A stretch of DNA of 62,864 bases, filler included, from Folioceros fuciformis (lineage: Eukaryota), in the NCBI GenBank assembly GCA_049999805.1. It is 16 parts of 16 records of this genome, joined end to end, with 100 filler letters (N's around TTAATTAATTAA, not from the genome) between each part and the next. Parts side by side here need not be neighbours in the genome. Positions count along the whole stretch, not along the records: positions 1 to 1,453 come from JBNGIO010003850.1; positions 1,554 to 3,331 come from JBNGIO010003851.1; positions 3,432 to 4,914 come from JBNGIO010003853.1; positions 5,015 to 6,366 come from JBNGIO010003854.1; positions 6,467 to 7,999 come from JBNGIO010003855.1; positions 8,100 to 10,268 come from JBNGIO010003856.1; positions 10,369 to 12,228 come from JBNGIO010003859.1; 9 more parts are not named here. One strand, written 5' to 3'. This document shows, piece after piece, positions 1-12,328 of the stretch; the first letter of the stretch is position 1; each line of letters opens with the position of its first letter. A model generated the notes under the pieces. The model searched no databases. It was given only the letters and a program-made list of their open reading frames with translations, and was not told where the DNA came from. Made by a program: the position numbers and the translations under genes.

Positions 1-1149
1 GCATGCAAGATTTTCCGAGGCAGGGGGGACAATCAGGTGGTGCGAGTTCGACAAGAGGGACGCTATCCCAGGGCGCCACCCAGATCCCACTAGGCGCACC
101 CGAGATCCGTCGAGCGGTGCGCGTGCAACGACCAGCCAACCAGATCCCGGCGGGCGGGCCCGCACACACCCCTTCCTCCCACGGCGCGCGCGGAATCTTG
201 CTGGGTGCGCGCGCCGGTTAACAAAGCGGCCTGGGCACCGTTTCGGCCCCAGGTCAACTTAAAATATTTTAAGTTGGCCCCGGGGTATGAAACGCCGGGG
301 CCCAGGTNNNNNNNNNNNNNNNNNNNNNNNNNNNNNNNNNNNNNNNNNNNNNNNNNNNNNNNNNNNNNNNNNNNNNNNNNNNNNNNNNNNNNNNNNNNNN
401 NNNNNNNTAGGGGCACCCGTTGGGCGTAACGGTGTGCCGTTAGACTCAACGGGTGCACCTTTTCCCCCACCGGTTGTGCCTCCTCACTTGCCGGACGTAC
501 CCGTTTGCTCGACAAAGGATCCCCGAGGCTCTCCCCAAGCTCAATTTCTCGGCGACGTTGCAGGTTCAAGCACTTTGCTTTATGAAGTAACACCTTGCAA
601 GCTAACCTCGTGTGCTGAGCCACTGCCATCAGTCCCACAATTCGTTGCTTCTGGTGGTGATCCGAGCTTTCCCCCACGACGGAGACTACTTGCTATGCGC
701 TGCGTGCCACCACCACAAGTCTCTGTAGAAGCTGATGCTCTTCCAGATTTGACATCTGAGATCAAGCAGGAGGAACTCACTCCTGTCTTTGCGAATCTGG
801 AGACAGCCTACAAGGAGTACAAACTTGGTGAGGCACAAGCAAGAGCTACAGCACAGGAGCAACGTACCCAACAGTATCAAGCTCTCTGGCATTCAATCAC
901 ACAACTCAACACCAATTTGGTTTCTGTTGCTGAAACGGTTTGCCGAATCGAATCCACTTTTGATTCTGTGAATCACATTAACGCTGAACTTGATTTTGGG
1001 CCCTCTGAGCCCATGTTGTGAGGGTGGTGTGGTTATTGTGAGCAGTACATCTCTATTTACATTTACAAGCTTGGTTCTTGACGCGAATTCTTGGTTTTGC
1101 GTCATAACACAAAGTCAGCTTTCTGTCAATAATCACAAGTTTTCTGAAG

Positions 1150-1453
1150 ATGGCTACTCCTCCACCTACACCACCAACACTGGCACCTTCTCCTCCTGCT
1201 CCAATCATTAATGTTATGAATGTGAGTATGGATTTTAAGGAGAAAGACCATTTTGATGACACCAAGTTTGAAGTTTGGTCTTAGCGGATGAAGACTGCTC
1301 TCAATACTCGAGATCTTCTTGCCATCGTTGATGGCTCACTCCCGAAACCACCTGGACCTTCACCCGCTCTCGACTCATGGACAAGGCAAGACAGACAGGC
1401 TATGCCCATGCTTATTTCTGGCCTGGACGAAGTCACTCTCCATCACACCGATG
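1150..1453 (+). mobile_element. Ty1/copia gag N-terminus, disrupted
   Basis: Frame from ATG 1150 reads ...FDDTKFEVWS*RMKTALNTRDLLAIVDGSLPKP...WTRQDRQAM, the typical copia gag start. It has an in-frame TAG at 1282 and is cut by the scaffold end. Confidence 0.8.
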
Positions 1454-1497
1454 NNNNNNNNNNNNNNNNNNNNNNNNNNNNNNNNNNNNNNNNNNNN

Positions 1498-1509
1498 TTA
1501 ATTAATTAA
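1498..1509. other. Artificial scaffold-joining spacer (TTAATTAATTAA inside a 100-nt N block); first of 15
   Basis: The same six-frame-stop 12-mer flanked by Ns occurs at 1498, 3376, 4959, 6411, 8044, 10313, 12273, 17581, 25758, 33889, 36161, 40481, 47512, 51763 and 55711. Sequence on either side is not biologically adjacent. Confidence 0.97.
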
Positions 1510-1599
1510 NNNNNNNNNNNNNNNNNNNNNNNNNNNNNNNNNNNNNNNNNNNNCTTGAGAGCAGGGTAACATAGATGTGGTACGGCTTAGTCAATTTAG

Positions 1600-2930
1600 G
1601 GATTAGCCAAATTAGGGCTTGGTATAGTTGGGACATTTGTTTAAGCTTGACAAAGTTGTGATATTCTTGAAAGCCTAATAGAGTTATGATGGCCTTGAGA
1701 GCGGCATGACAAAGTTATGATAGGGTTAAGGCATTAGGGCTTGATATAATTGTGAAAATTTTGAAAGCTTGGCAGAGTTGTTACCATCTTGAAAACATAA
1801 CAAAGTTGTGATTTGGCTTGAAGGGGGGACTTGACAAAGTTGTTAAAATAGTTTTGAAAGCAATATCTAACAAAGTTGTGATTTGTGACAGATTTGAAAG
1901 CAGTAGCTAGAGTAGTGAAAGCGGTACATAGAGTTGTGATAGTCGTTCGTGTTATGACACTAGTCTTGAAAGCAAAAGCTACATTTGTGACAGTAGTCTC
2001 GAGTTATGATAGTAGTCTTGGCGGAAGCTATAGTTGTGACAACAGTCTCGTGTTATGATAGTAGTCTTGAAAGCGGTAGCTAGAGTTCTGACAATAGTAG
2101 TCTCCTGTTATGACAGTAGCCTTGAAAGCAGCAGCTAGAGTTCTGACAATAGTAGTCTCGTGTTATGACAGTAGCCTTGAAAGCAGCAGCTAGAGTTCTG
2201 ACAATAGNNNNNNNNNNNNNNNNNNNNNNNNNNNNNNNNNNNNNNNNNNNNNNNNNNNNNNNNNNNNNNNNNNNNNNNNNNNNNNNNNNNNNNNNNNNNN
2301 NNNNNNNAAGCGGTAGCTAGAGTTTTGATCATAGTAGTCTCGTGTTATGACAGTAGTCTTGAAAGTGGTAGCTAGAGTTCTGACAATAGTCCTTGTTATG
2401 ACAATAGTCTTGAAAATGGTAGGTAGGGTTGTGACCGTAGTTTGTGTTATGAGTAGTCCTTGTTATGACAATAGTCTTGAAAATGGTAGGTAGAATTGTG
2501 ACCGTAGTTTGTGTTATGAGTAGTCCGTGTTATGACAGTAGTCTTGAATGCGATAGCTAGAGTTGTGACAGTAGTCTTGAAAGTGGTGGCTAGACTTGTG
2601 ACAATACTCTAGTTGTGAAAGTAGTCTTGAAAGTGGTAGCTAGACTTGTGATAGTAGTCTTGAAAGCGGTGGCTAGAGTTGTGACAATACTCTAGTTATG
2701 ACAGGTAGCTAAAGTTATGACAATAATCTTGAAAGGAGTATCTAGAGTTTTGATAGTATTTTTGAAAGCTAGAGTTGTGACAGTAATCTTGAAAGTGTTA
2801 GCTAGGGTTGTGATAGTACTTGAGATGTGACAGTATTTTTGAAACCAATAGCTATCTAGAGTTATGACAGTAGTAATGGAGTTGTTACACTAATATTGGA
2901 AGTGGAAGCTATGACAATAGACTTGAAAGC
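1600..2930. repeat. Degenerate tandem satellite, ~55-bp period made of ~20 and ~35-bp subunits
   Basis: Recurrent GTT(A/G)TGACAGTAGTCTTGAAAG..GCTAGA. Near-identical units start at 2101 and 2156, and the array decays toward both ends. Confidence 0.9.
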
Positions 2931-3431
2931 CACTAAGTAATCACCAACCAATGAGTAATTGACCAGTTATTTGATACGATGTGTGGAAAGTCCTAATTAT
3001 TGACTTAAATTTGATGAATGTGATGTTTGTTTGGCTCGTTCCCTCATTAGCTAGTCATCCTTTAACTGCCTCACTGACGTGGTGCAGGTGGACAGTCCCT
3101 AGACGTTGTTGAAAGGCCCGGTCGCACATTGGCGATTCGGAAAGCATGCTGGAAGGGGCCCGGGATGGAAATTTGGCGCTAAAAGCCTACCCTAGATATC
3201 TCGTGACTGAAATCTGACATGAGGTGACAGGAACTGACGTGACCGGCCGTGACCTGCGCTGCCGTAGCTCCGGGCTGGCCTGGGATGGTACAGCGAACAT
3301 CACCTACAAGTGAGGGAGTGGACAGAGGGAGNNNNNNNNNNNNNNNNNNNNNNNNNNNNNNNNNNNNNNNNNNNNTTAATTAATTAANNNNNNNNNNNNN
3401 NNNNNNNNNNNNNNNNNNNNNNNNNNNNNNN

Positions 3432-4914
3432 AAGAGTCACTAGACTAACCCCAAAGAAAAGAAAGAAGGAAACACACTCCCCTCTCGGATATCTCCTCCC
3501 CACAACCTTACCAGACGCCATGAAACATGGCCGGCCTATAGCACTTGTCCAAATAGGGAACAAGAGTGGACAGGTCGAGAGAAAGATACATCCTTTACAA
3601 TCAAGAGCTAAGGGCAAGCCCCTTCACCCTGGTCATTACACCTTGTGATCCTACCAGACATTGAAACAATATAAATAATTATATATTTAGGGTCCAGTAT
3701 TTAGGTTAGTTAAAGACTTAATATGCCTAATGCCTAAACAGGTATTACGGTTGTACCCGCTTCGCTCGGCTGTGACACATATCGTGTTCACAAGCACAAT
3801 AGAATTCAGTCGATCCTAATCGTGTTAGACGTTGCACAGCCGGCAACACACTGCAGGTCATAAACCAAGCAGGGACAGACCACAAGAGCTCATGAAAAGA
3901 GTACCTCCAAGAGCTCACGAAGTGACAAACTCACTCCCAAAGTGAATGACTACCTCCCCCTACAGGCTCACCTGATCTTATAGGAGCGCCTCTCTCTCTG
4001 ACTTCACCTCTCTCTAACTTGACAAATATTATTTNNNNNNNNNNNNNNNNNNNNNNNNNNNNNNNNNNNNNNNNNNNNNNNNNNNNNNNNNNNNNNNNNN
4101 NNNNNNNNNNNNNNNNNNNNNNNNNNNNNNNNNNATATCGTGTTCACAAGCACAATAGAATTCAGTCGATCCTAATCGTGTTAGACGTTGCACAGCCGGC
4201 AACACACTGCAGGTCATAAACCAAGCAGGGACAGACCACAAGAGCTCATGAAAAGAGTACCTCCAAGAGCTCACGAAGTGACAGACTAACTCTCAAAGTG
4301 AATGACTACCTCCTTCTACAGGCTCACCTGATCTTATAGGAGCCTCTCTCTCTCTGACTTCACCTCTCTCTAGCTTCACAAATATTATTTTAATAGGACC
4401 ACTAGTCTAGCTGGCTGTCACCAGCCACTTATTTAGACTTCTAGCACATCCTGCCACCAATGAGCTGGCCCTACCACCACAAGGATCTACCACCTCTTAG
4501 ACTATCTTGAGACTTCGGAGGATGTTTGATCTTCAAAGATTTGCGGACGCCGCCTCTTCCTTGCTGGATGGTTGCCCGCTAAGTCTTCCTCTACAACTGT
4601 TCACCCTTGGTGGCTGAGCCAGCCTCTAGGGGAGGAGTATGAGTAGTGGGAAAGATAGAGAAGAGGTGGGAAGGAGTGGGATCAGCAGCCGGAACCTAGC
4701 CTGAAAACGGTAGCTTATTCAGTGGAATCAGCTTCCAGCCGAAATGGTTCCTCGGCCATGGAAGACTGACCCTAGCGTGCTGGAATAAGTCTCGAACTAG
4801 AAGGAGAAGAAAGCAGGTAAAACAGATTTGAATTGGAATTAAATCCAGAAAAATAGGGATGAAAATAGAAAAGGAGAAATTAGGAAAATAAAAAGAAAAG
4901 AAATACGAGGATAC
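3432..4914. repeat. Dispersed repeat (probable LTR/TE sequence), homologous to 55060-55640
   Basis: AAGAGTCACTAGACTAACCCCAAAGAA occurs at 3432 and ~55060. 4510-4914 aligns with 55230-55635 (e.g. GAATCAGCTTCCAGCCGAAATGGTTC..GGCCATGGAA). Confidence 0.8.
3646..4504. mobile_element. Solo-LTR-like insertion in the above repeat (length inflated by a gap duplication)
   Basis: Absent from the 55 kb homolog. It starts TG and is flanked by CCTTG (3641-45) and TCTTG (4505-09), a probable 5-bp target-site duplication (TSD) with one mismatch. Confidence 0.5.
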
Positions 4915-5014
4915 NNNNNNNNNNNNNNNNNNNNNNNNNNNNNNNNNNNNNNNNNNNNTTAATTAATTAANNNNNNNNNNNNNNNNNNNNNNNNNNNNNN
5001 NNNNNNNNNNNNNN

Positions 5015-6366
5015 AGTCTTTATGAGTCACCAAGCATTGATACAGCTGAAATGCATGATCTGGTAGAAGAGGAGCCCTCGCATCCAAAGCTGTCTGCACA
5101 GCAAAGCCGAAGGTTAAAACATGCACACCTGCAGCCTAGGACATCTGGCAGAACGCGTAGGCAGCCTGAATTCTACGAATCTGAAGACTTCAGGCACCAT
5201 AAATCTCACTTGACGTACTGCTTGGCCACGTACTCTGCATGGTATGAACCTCCAACATACAAGGATGCATTGTCGTGCCCAGATGTACCTTTGTGGCAGA
5301 AAGCCATTAACTCGGAGCTGGACTCCCTATATGAAAACAAGACTTGGGTCTTGACCAGTCTCCCACCAAATAGAAAAGCAGTTGGTAGTAGATGGGTGTT
5401 CAAAGTAAAACTCCGGGCAGATGGCACAGTTGAGAGGTATAAGGCGAGAGTAGTTGCCAAGGGGTACTCCCAAATTCCAGGAGTGGATTACGATGACACT
5501 TTTAGTCCTGTGGTCAAGCTGACCACACTCAGGCTCTTCATTGCCCTGGCTGCAGTTAATAATTATGANNNNNNNNNNNNNNNNNNNNNNNNNNNNNNNN
5601 NNNNNNNNNNNNNNNNNNNNNNNNNNNNNNNNNNNNNNNNNNNNNNNNNNNNNNNNNNNNNNNNNNNNAAAACAAGACTTGGGTCTTGACCAGTCTCCCA
5701 CCAAATAGAAAAGCAGTTGGTAGCAGATGGGTGTTCAAAGTAAAACTCCGGGCAGATGGCTCAATTGAGAGGTATAAGGCGAGAGTAGTTGCCAAGGGGT
5801 ACTCCCAAATTCCAGGAGTGGATTACGATGACACTTTTAGTCCTGTGGTCAAGCTGACCACACTCAGGCTCTTCATTGCCCTGGCTGCAGTTAATAATTA
5901 TGAGCTGGAGCAACTTGATGTTACTACACCCTTCCTGTATGGAAACCTGCAAGAGGAAATTTTCATGCAAGGACCTGATGGGGTTAGCATCACTCCTGCC
6001 TTGCCAAATCCAGTTTGTAAACTGCAGAAAACATTATATGGCTTGAAGCAAAGCCCAAGAGCATGGTTTGCAAGGATAGATGCTTACCTTCAGGATCTGG
6101 GGTACGAAAGCCTAAATGCTGATACGAATGTATACATAAAACGTGAAGAAGCATCCTTCTTGGCGTTAGCCATTTATGTAGATGATATTATTATCTTAAG
6201 CAACTCGCCTAGAATGATCTTCATCCTGAAGGGTCAATTGAGCAGCGAGTTTAAGATAACAGCAGCAGGGGCACTTACTTTTTGTTTAGGCATGCAGTTG
6301 TAGCGAGATCGGGAAGCAAGAACCATCTTCCTGCATCAAACAAAATATGCAATGCAAATATTAGAA
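5015..6366 (+). mobile_element. Ty1/copia reverse transcriptase fragment
   Basis: Motifs WVFKVK..RYKARVVAKGYSQ..GVDY..TFSPV, QLDVTTPFLYG, LYGLKQSPRAW and IYVDDII. Premature TAG at 6301. Part of it is duplicated across the N gap. Confidence 0.95.
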
Positions 6367-6466
6367 NNNNNNNNNNNNNNNNNNNNNNNNNNNNNNNNNN
6401 NNNNNNNNNNTTAATTAATTAANNNNNNNNNNNNNNNNNNNNNNNNNNNNNNNNNNNNNNNNNNNN

Positions 6467-6539
6467 ATGATACTTAACTAGACACTAATCTTAGACTAAA
6501 CACATTATTCTAAACACATTGGGCTTTAATAACCCTACA
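6467..6539 (-). mobile_element. LTR 5'-end fragment of the 27376/34063 LTR family
   Basis: Matches 34278-34347 (CTAATCTTAGACTAAACACATT...CACATTGGGCTTTA.TAACCCTACA). Confidence 0.85.
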
Positions 6540-6633
6540 CCACCATGGTCATGAGTGAATGTTTTGAAACCTACTACAAATAATACATACATGAATGCCA
6601 AGATGCTCATTATTCTCACATCTACACCTATTT

Positions 6634-7138
6634 TGTAATTAGAGGCAAAGTTTCGAAAGTGTCCGTCTGTAAGAAGGATTTATTTGTGAAGCGACGAGTA
6701 CATTGATCTCGGTGTCCATTTGAGGTGCGAGTGGAATATTCCATCTGGAATGCTATGAGACTAAGTATGCCAAGCACGGGCTTGCTCGAACAGGAAGCGC
6801 TAGTTGTGTGTGGACGACTAGAGCCGAGGGGCCTCATTTTCACTGACCATGTTACTTTGTTGTGCTTGAAAAAGGCTGGTTCACAGCATTGGTGCCTTTC
6901 AGAAGAGCATGGAGGTGCACATGCTGATTGCCCAAACACTGACTATAGGGTATCAAAGGTGGGCCTGTTATTAATGCATATCTACTGCCTAGGTTAGGGC
7001 ACGTTTCGGTCTACATACTAGATACCAAAAGTCGAACTTAAGCGAACGGTTACGAGTACGCTCGCAGCGTTTCACCTCTGTACTTAACGATCACGTTTCA
7101 ATGCAAATCTAATCCTGATAATTACATGGTATCAGAGC
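6634..7138 (+). mobile_element. 5' LTR (~493 bp, TGTAATTA...TAATTACA) plus tRNA-iMet PBS
   Basis: Inverted termini at 6634 and 7126, followed directly by TGGTATCAGAGC (7127-7138). A second, slightly diverged copy ends at 7744 with its PBS at 7745-7756. Confidence 0.9.
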
Positions 7139-8439
7139 AGGATCCCTTCCCTCTGGTCATTGATCTCATCCATACCAGCCACNNNNNNNNNNNNNNNNNN
7201 NNNNNNNNNNNNNNNNNNNNNNNNNNNNNNNNNNNNNNNNNNNNNNNNNNNNNNNNNNNNNNNNNNNNNNNNNNNNNNNNNNGTCTGTAAGAAGGATTTA
7301 TTTGTGAAGCGACGAGTACATTGATCTCGGTGTCCATTTGAGGTGCGAGTGGAATATTCCATCTGGAATGCTATGAGACTAGGTATGCCAAGCACGGGCT
7401 TGCTCGAACAGGAAGCACTAGTTGTGTGTGGACGACTAGAGCCGAAGGGCCTCATTTTCGCTGACCATGTTACTTTGCTGTGCTTGAAAAAGGCTAGTGC
7501 ATAGCACTGGTGCCTTTCAGAAGAGCATGGAGGTGCACATGTTGATTGCCCAAACACTGACTGTAGGGTATCAAAGGTGGGCCTGTTATTAATGCATATC
7601 TACTGCCTAGGTTAGGGCACATTTCGGTCTACTGACTAGATACCAAAAGTCGGACTTAAGCGAACGGTTACGAGTACGCTCGCAGCGTTTCACCTCTGTA
7701 CTTAACGATCACGTTTCAATGCAAATCTAATCCTGATAATTACATGGTATCAGAGTAGGATCCCTTCCCTCTGATCATTGATCTCATCCATACCAGCCAC
7801 ACCATAATGCCCCGCCAATTGCGACCTAGTGCATGGTGATCAGAGGCTAAGGCGCCTTGCAAAGAAGGCAGAAAAAAAAAAGCCAAATACCTTCAATGGC
7901 AAAGGTCCAACAAAGAGATTCAATACCTCAAAGAGGCACAGGAAAACCTTTGTCATTATGGCTGGTTCAGGACCTGCGGTGTCCTACTTTTTAATTGGCN
8001 NNNNNNNNNNNNNNNNNNNNNNNNNNNNNNNNNNNNNNNNNNNTTAATTAATTAANNNNNNNNNNNNNNNNNNNNNNNNNNNNNNNNNNNNNNNNNNNNT
8101 CGCTGCGCTATGACGGGGGGGAAACAGCAAATCGCCCAGTCACAGGCAGTGAGGATCAAGACAGCAGCGGGGGTGGCAAATGAAGCAACAGGACTGCGGA
8201 TTGGGGTGGAAATCAGGACAGGGCAGGAAGGGAACGGGGCAAGAAATCAGTGGGAAGAAGAAGAAGGCAGGCCTGGCCCTACATCGGCCAAATCCTCCAG
8301 CTCGCCTCAACCTCCTCTTGTGCACACATTCAGTCCCATCACTGGCGATCCCACCTCCTACATGCAATGTGAATCAAAAGAAGCAGGACAAAGAGATGGA
8401 GAGGGAAGGGGAAGAAGAAGAAGAGGGGGCAAGAGGAAA

Positions 8440-8621
8440 ATGAAGGAGAAAGGGAGAAAGGGAGAAAGGGAGAGAAAGGGAGAGAAAGGGAGAGAAAGGG
8501 AGAGAAAGGGAGAGAAACGGGAGAGAAACGGGAGAAACAGGAGAAACGGGAGAAACGGGAGAAACGGGAGAAACGGGAGAAAAGGGAGAAAAGGGAGAAA
8601 AGGGAGAAAAGGGAGAAAAGG
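8440..8621. repeat. 9-bp purine minisatellite (GGGAGAAA[A/C])n
   Basis: Directly visible tandem array running into the N gap. Confidence 0.95.
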
Positions 8622-9189
8622 NNNNNNNNNNNNNNNNNNNNNNNNNNNNNNNNNNNNNNNNNNNNNNNNNNNNNNNNNNNNNNNNNNNNNNNNNNNNNNN
8701 NNNNNNNNNNNNNNNNNNNNNGAGGAAGAAGTTGTGAAACTAAACGATTGGATTGACTGTGTGTGAGTGGCAGTGAGTCGAGAGTGTAGCTGAGGAACTG
8801 AAAAATTGGAGTGGTGAGAGTGAGCGCCGTGGGGGTGTAACCGCAACTGACTAGCGAGTAAATAGAGCAGGAGGGTGACGAGAACTAGATGTGTTCATGT
8901 GCCGTGACGGATTGTTGTGAGGTGAAGAGAAGTTCACCGGTGTCAATGTGACTGAAGTATAGGGACGTATGAGCAGATGCGAGAGGTCGGGTCCGGAGGA
9001 TGCGAGTCGAACGCGGTGGTGAACGGGAGCGTGCTGACTGATTAAGGACCGGGTAGGTAGGTGAAGGTTCGTGTCTCCCTGTGTGTGTGTGCGTGTGTGT
9101 GCATGGGCGTCAGCTGAGCACCTTAGATCTCTGAGAGGGGCACTAAGTGGATGTGAGCGGATGGAGGGGTGCGTGTTGAGGGGAAAGGG

Positions 9190-10268
9190 TGATCGCCAAG
9201 CGGGCATGGTATCTCTACCAGGCACCCGCTCACATGTATCATGGCCACATCAATCCCACGGTCGTTGTAGGTTTCCCCGGAATCGCTCCCCTCTAAGCCT
9301 GGTCAGCTACATCTATCGCTCCCCTACACTAGTCAACTCTCCCAACCACGTACCTACCAATCTGGCCACACGTCCCATCAATAGGTAGACACCATTCCTT
9401 CACTTGGAAGGGCCCCAGTACCTCCCCTACCGATTTCTACCTTCCAATCACATTCCTACCAATCGTGCAACATGTCCCGTCAGTAGGTAGGCACCATTCC
9501 TTCACTTGGAAGGGCCCCAGTACCTCCCCTACCGGTTTGTACCTCCCTACACTCGATACCTTTTCCTCACAAGGCTCCCTACAACACCTTCCTCTACCCA
9601 CAATCTAGCTGCTCATCTCCCTACACCCAGCAACCAACGAGTTTCCTCCGAGCCTACTCCGCTCCCTCCAACTCTGTTTATCGTTCGCCTACAACATTCA
9701 ACCTTTCCCAGCGCGTACCTTCAACACGTCCAGTCAGTAGGTAGGCACCATTGCTTCACTTGGAAGGGCCCCAGTACCTCCCCTACCAACTTCCAACTAC
9801 CTACACCCAGCACCTTTCCCCACAAGTCTCCTCACAACACCTTCTACACGATCCAACTCCACATTTCCCTACGTCCAATACTCCCAACCAGACATCACAA
9901 GAACCTTTGCGATCGGCAACAGAAAGGGCACTCGCAGCCCCCCCTTCCGCCAGGATGTCCACGCATGCTTACGAAAATTGGTTCTCTATTCATCACGAAA
10001 CACTTACAATCAAAGAACGGGGGCCTAACTCAAGTTCTTCGTTCTACTTATATAGGATGGCATATGGCTTCCTACCTACCACTAGCCGCGGCCAGCTTTA
10101 ACTACGCACACCTACCAAGAGGCTAAGACCTACCAATAGTTGCTAAGGCAGTGCGCGCCGATGAAGATTAGGACTGTCGGTGCCGCCATAGAAGATTCGT
10201 TGACCCCCTTTTTCAAAAAGTTATGGCTAGGATGGCTCTTGAAGGGAGGCAGAGTCTGAAGGTTGAGC
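9190..10268 (-). mobile_element. Athila-like LTR 3' portion, family B
   Basis: Colinear with 40583-41475 and 62595-62864. It holds three copies of CACCATT.CTTCACTTGGAAGGGCCCCAGTACCTCCCCTACC and the U5 motif GTCGTTGTAG at 9261. Confidence 0.75.
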
Positions 10269-11429
10269 NNNNNNNNNNNNNNNNNNNNNNNNNNNNNNNN
10301 NNNNNNNNNNNNTTAATTAATTAANNNNNNNNNNNNNNNNNNNNNNNNNNNNNNNNNNNNNNNNNNNNGTGTAAGTTATATTTCTTATTTGCACGCTTGC
10401 ATGCAACCCCTCTAAGAGCAGGATTTGCAAGCAAGGTAGGTTCTAATAAGGTTAGTAACTTAAAATCCAAATGTCCTATTTGTTCCTTCAATTCTTGTAA
10501 GTCAACAATGACTGAAGCAAGTTTGTGACAAATGCTCTGAAAACGCTCATCAACATGTTGTTGATGTGTTTCTATTCTAGCATTTAATTGTGACACACTA
10601 ACATGTGGTAAAATGTGTGTGGTCAGAAAACCTCTAGGGTTACCATTTCCGACAAATGGAAGATTAGTAGGATTTTTGGGTGGTTGAGCAAGCGACAGGT
10701 GACTTTGTTGAGGGAAGATAGCATCAAGAAGATTATTATACGACTCCCTTATAATGNNNNNNNNNNNNNNNNNNNNNNNNNNNNNNNNNNNNNNNNNNNN
10801 NNNNNNNNNNNNNNNNNNNNNNNNNNNNNNNNNNNNNNNNNNNNNNNNNNNNNNNNGAGGGAAGATAGCATCAAGAAGATTATTATACGACTCCCTTATA
10901 ATGCAAGTGCGCTCAGGCTGATCTTGAGTTTGAAGAATCCACTCCAGGGTTTGCTGGTAGAGTGATTTAGCAACTGTTGGCCTGTCCTCTTGTGCAAATT
11001 GTCTTCTGTAGACATCCCTCTGACGATTGCGCTCAATAGGGCATGGCCGCCATTGCTGCCCGTCCATCAAATTGGCCATTCATTTGACCAATCTTGTATT
11101 TTATTGTGTATCAAGAAACATTTTAAAATTTTTGTATATGATTCTATAATAGAATTTTTGCCAATTCTGGCAGTTTTTCTAGCGCGCCTATAGACAGAAT
11201 GCAAAGATGCAATATGTCAATAGATGCTCTAGAACAAACTCCTAGAAATGAAAATTTTCAAAATAAAATCCAAAGAAAAACTATAAAACATTTTCTTGAT
11301 ATGTTTTTAAAACATTTTCTTTAAAAAAAAAACAACAACAAAATACAATAACCAAATTCATCCGTCTGCACATCAAAATGTACGGAATTTAATGTGCATT
11401 CTTATGAATGCAGTCTATACCAAAGCATG

Positions 11430-11679
11430 GCTCTGATACCATGACAAATATTGGATTGAATTGGTGTAGAACAATTGCTATAATAAACAATTACATTATT
11501 GATAAAGAGAATATTACAATAAGAGCACTTTGTTAAAGTGGCTCACTCAACTGAAGTTGTTGTGAAGAGACATAACCTTACACTAAGGGACATGACTCAT
11601 AATGAAGGGGTACTAAAATGATAATCATAATAACCCTGTACACACATACTATAAATGCTAACATTATTGAACCCTAATA
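11430..11679 (-). mobile_element. 5' LTR (~240 bp) plus tRNA-iMet PBS of an element nested in a copia; an uncharacterised ORF (10369-11079, -) follows
   Basis: GCTCTGATACCA at 11430-11441 (PBS, minus strand) abuts an LTR end. Copia protease-region coding sequence resumes at ~11680. Confidence 0.75.
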
Positions 11680-12228
11680 AATCAGCACCTATTCTCATCA
11701 CTCTAGAGTCCCCAACAAAGACTGACTATGGTGTGTCTTGAAGGTGAAAGGTTGAGAAAAGGTCGCGGTTGTTGCAGACATGGGCAGTTGCACCCAAGTC
11801 AACAAACCAGCGAGTTGAGTTCTCCCTTGTGGAAGTTAGGCAAACAATAAGGACTGTACGGTTGCTTCGTTTCTGAGAGCTGTTGGATCGAGCAGATGGT
11901 TTTTGTTCCTTAGAACTAATATGTGCCTCCTGCTTGGACTCCCTCTTAGGCTCACTAGACTTCTTTTTACGACAATCTCGTTCCCAGTGGCCTTGATTCT
12001 GGCACCAGTTACAGTTACCAAGTCTTCTAGTAGAAGAGGTTTGTTGCGAAGAATGAAAATCATTGGATTGTTTCTTCCCTCCTTTATCCTTCCCCTTCCA
12101 AGGTCCCTTAGCTTTAGCATAGAGGACCTTGTCACCTCTAAGACGATTGTTTGTCTTGTGGTGATTCTGACTTTGCTCCTCTTGCAGGAGCGCCCCTATC
12201 ACTTCATTCAAGTTGATAGTTGAGGGCT
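11680..12228 (-). mobile_element. Ty1/copia gag zinc knuckle and protease fragment
   Basis: CNWCQNQGHWERDC knuckle and WFVDLGATAHVC protease motif. Related to the copia at 56199 (CNWCQIPSHWKPDC). Confidence 0.9.
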
Positions 12229-12328
12229 NNNNNNNNNNNNNNNNNNNNNNNNNNNNNNNNNNNNNNNNNNNNTTAATTAATTAANNNNNNNNNNNNNNNN
12301 NNNNNNNNNNNNNNNNNNNNNNNNNNNN

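Noticed and set aside
1454-1553. Recurrent TTAATTAATTAA as a biological motif, and ORFs ending in ...LIN
   Set aside because: It is always embedded in Ns as an assembly spacer. ORFs crossing N runs are artefacts.
5335-5905. Apparent tandem duplications across 100-N gaps (also 3780/4135, 6661/7283, 10708/10857, 13485/13665)
   Set aside because: Near-identical sequence on both sides of a fixed-size gap points to unmerged contig overlaps or collapsed copies.
8110-8846. Long Arg/Gly/Lys and Pro/Phe/Leu ORFs
   Set aside because: Translations of the 9-bp minisatellite and an N gap.
9380-9790. CRISPR-like repeat-spacer array
   Set aside because: Eukaryotic TE context, irregular and partly homologous spacers, and no cas genes.
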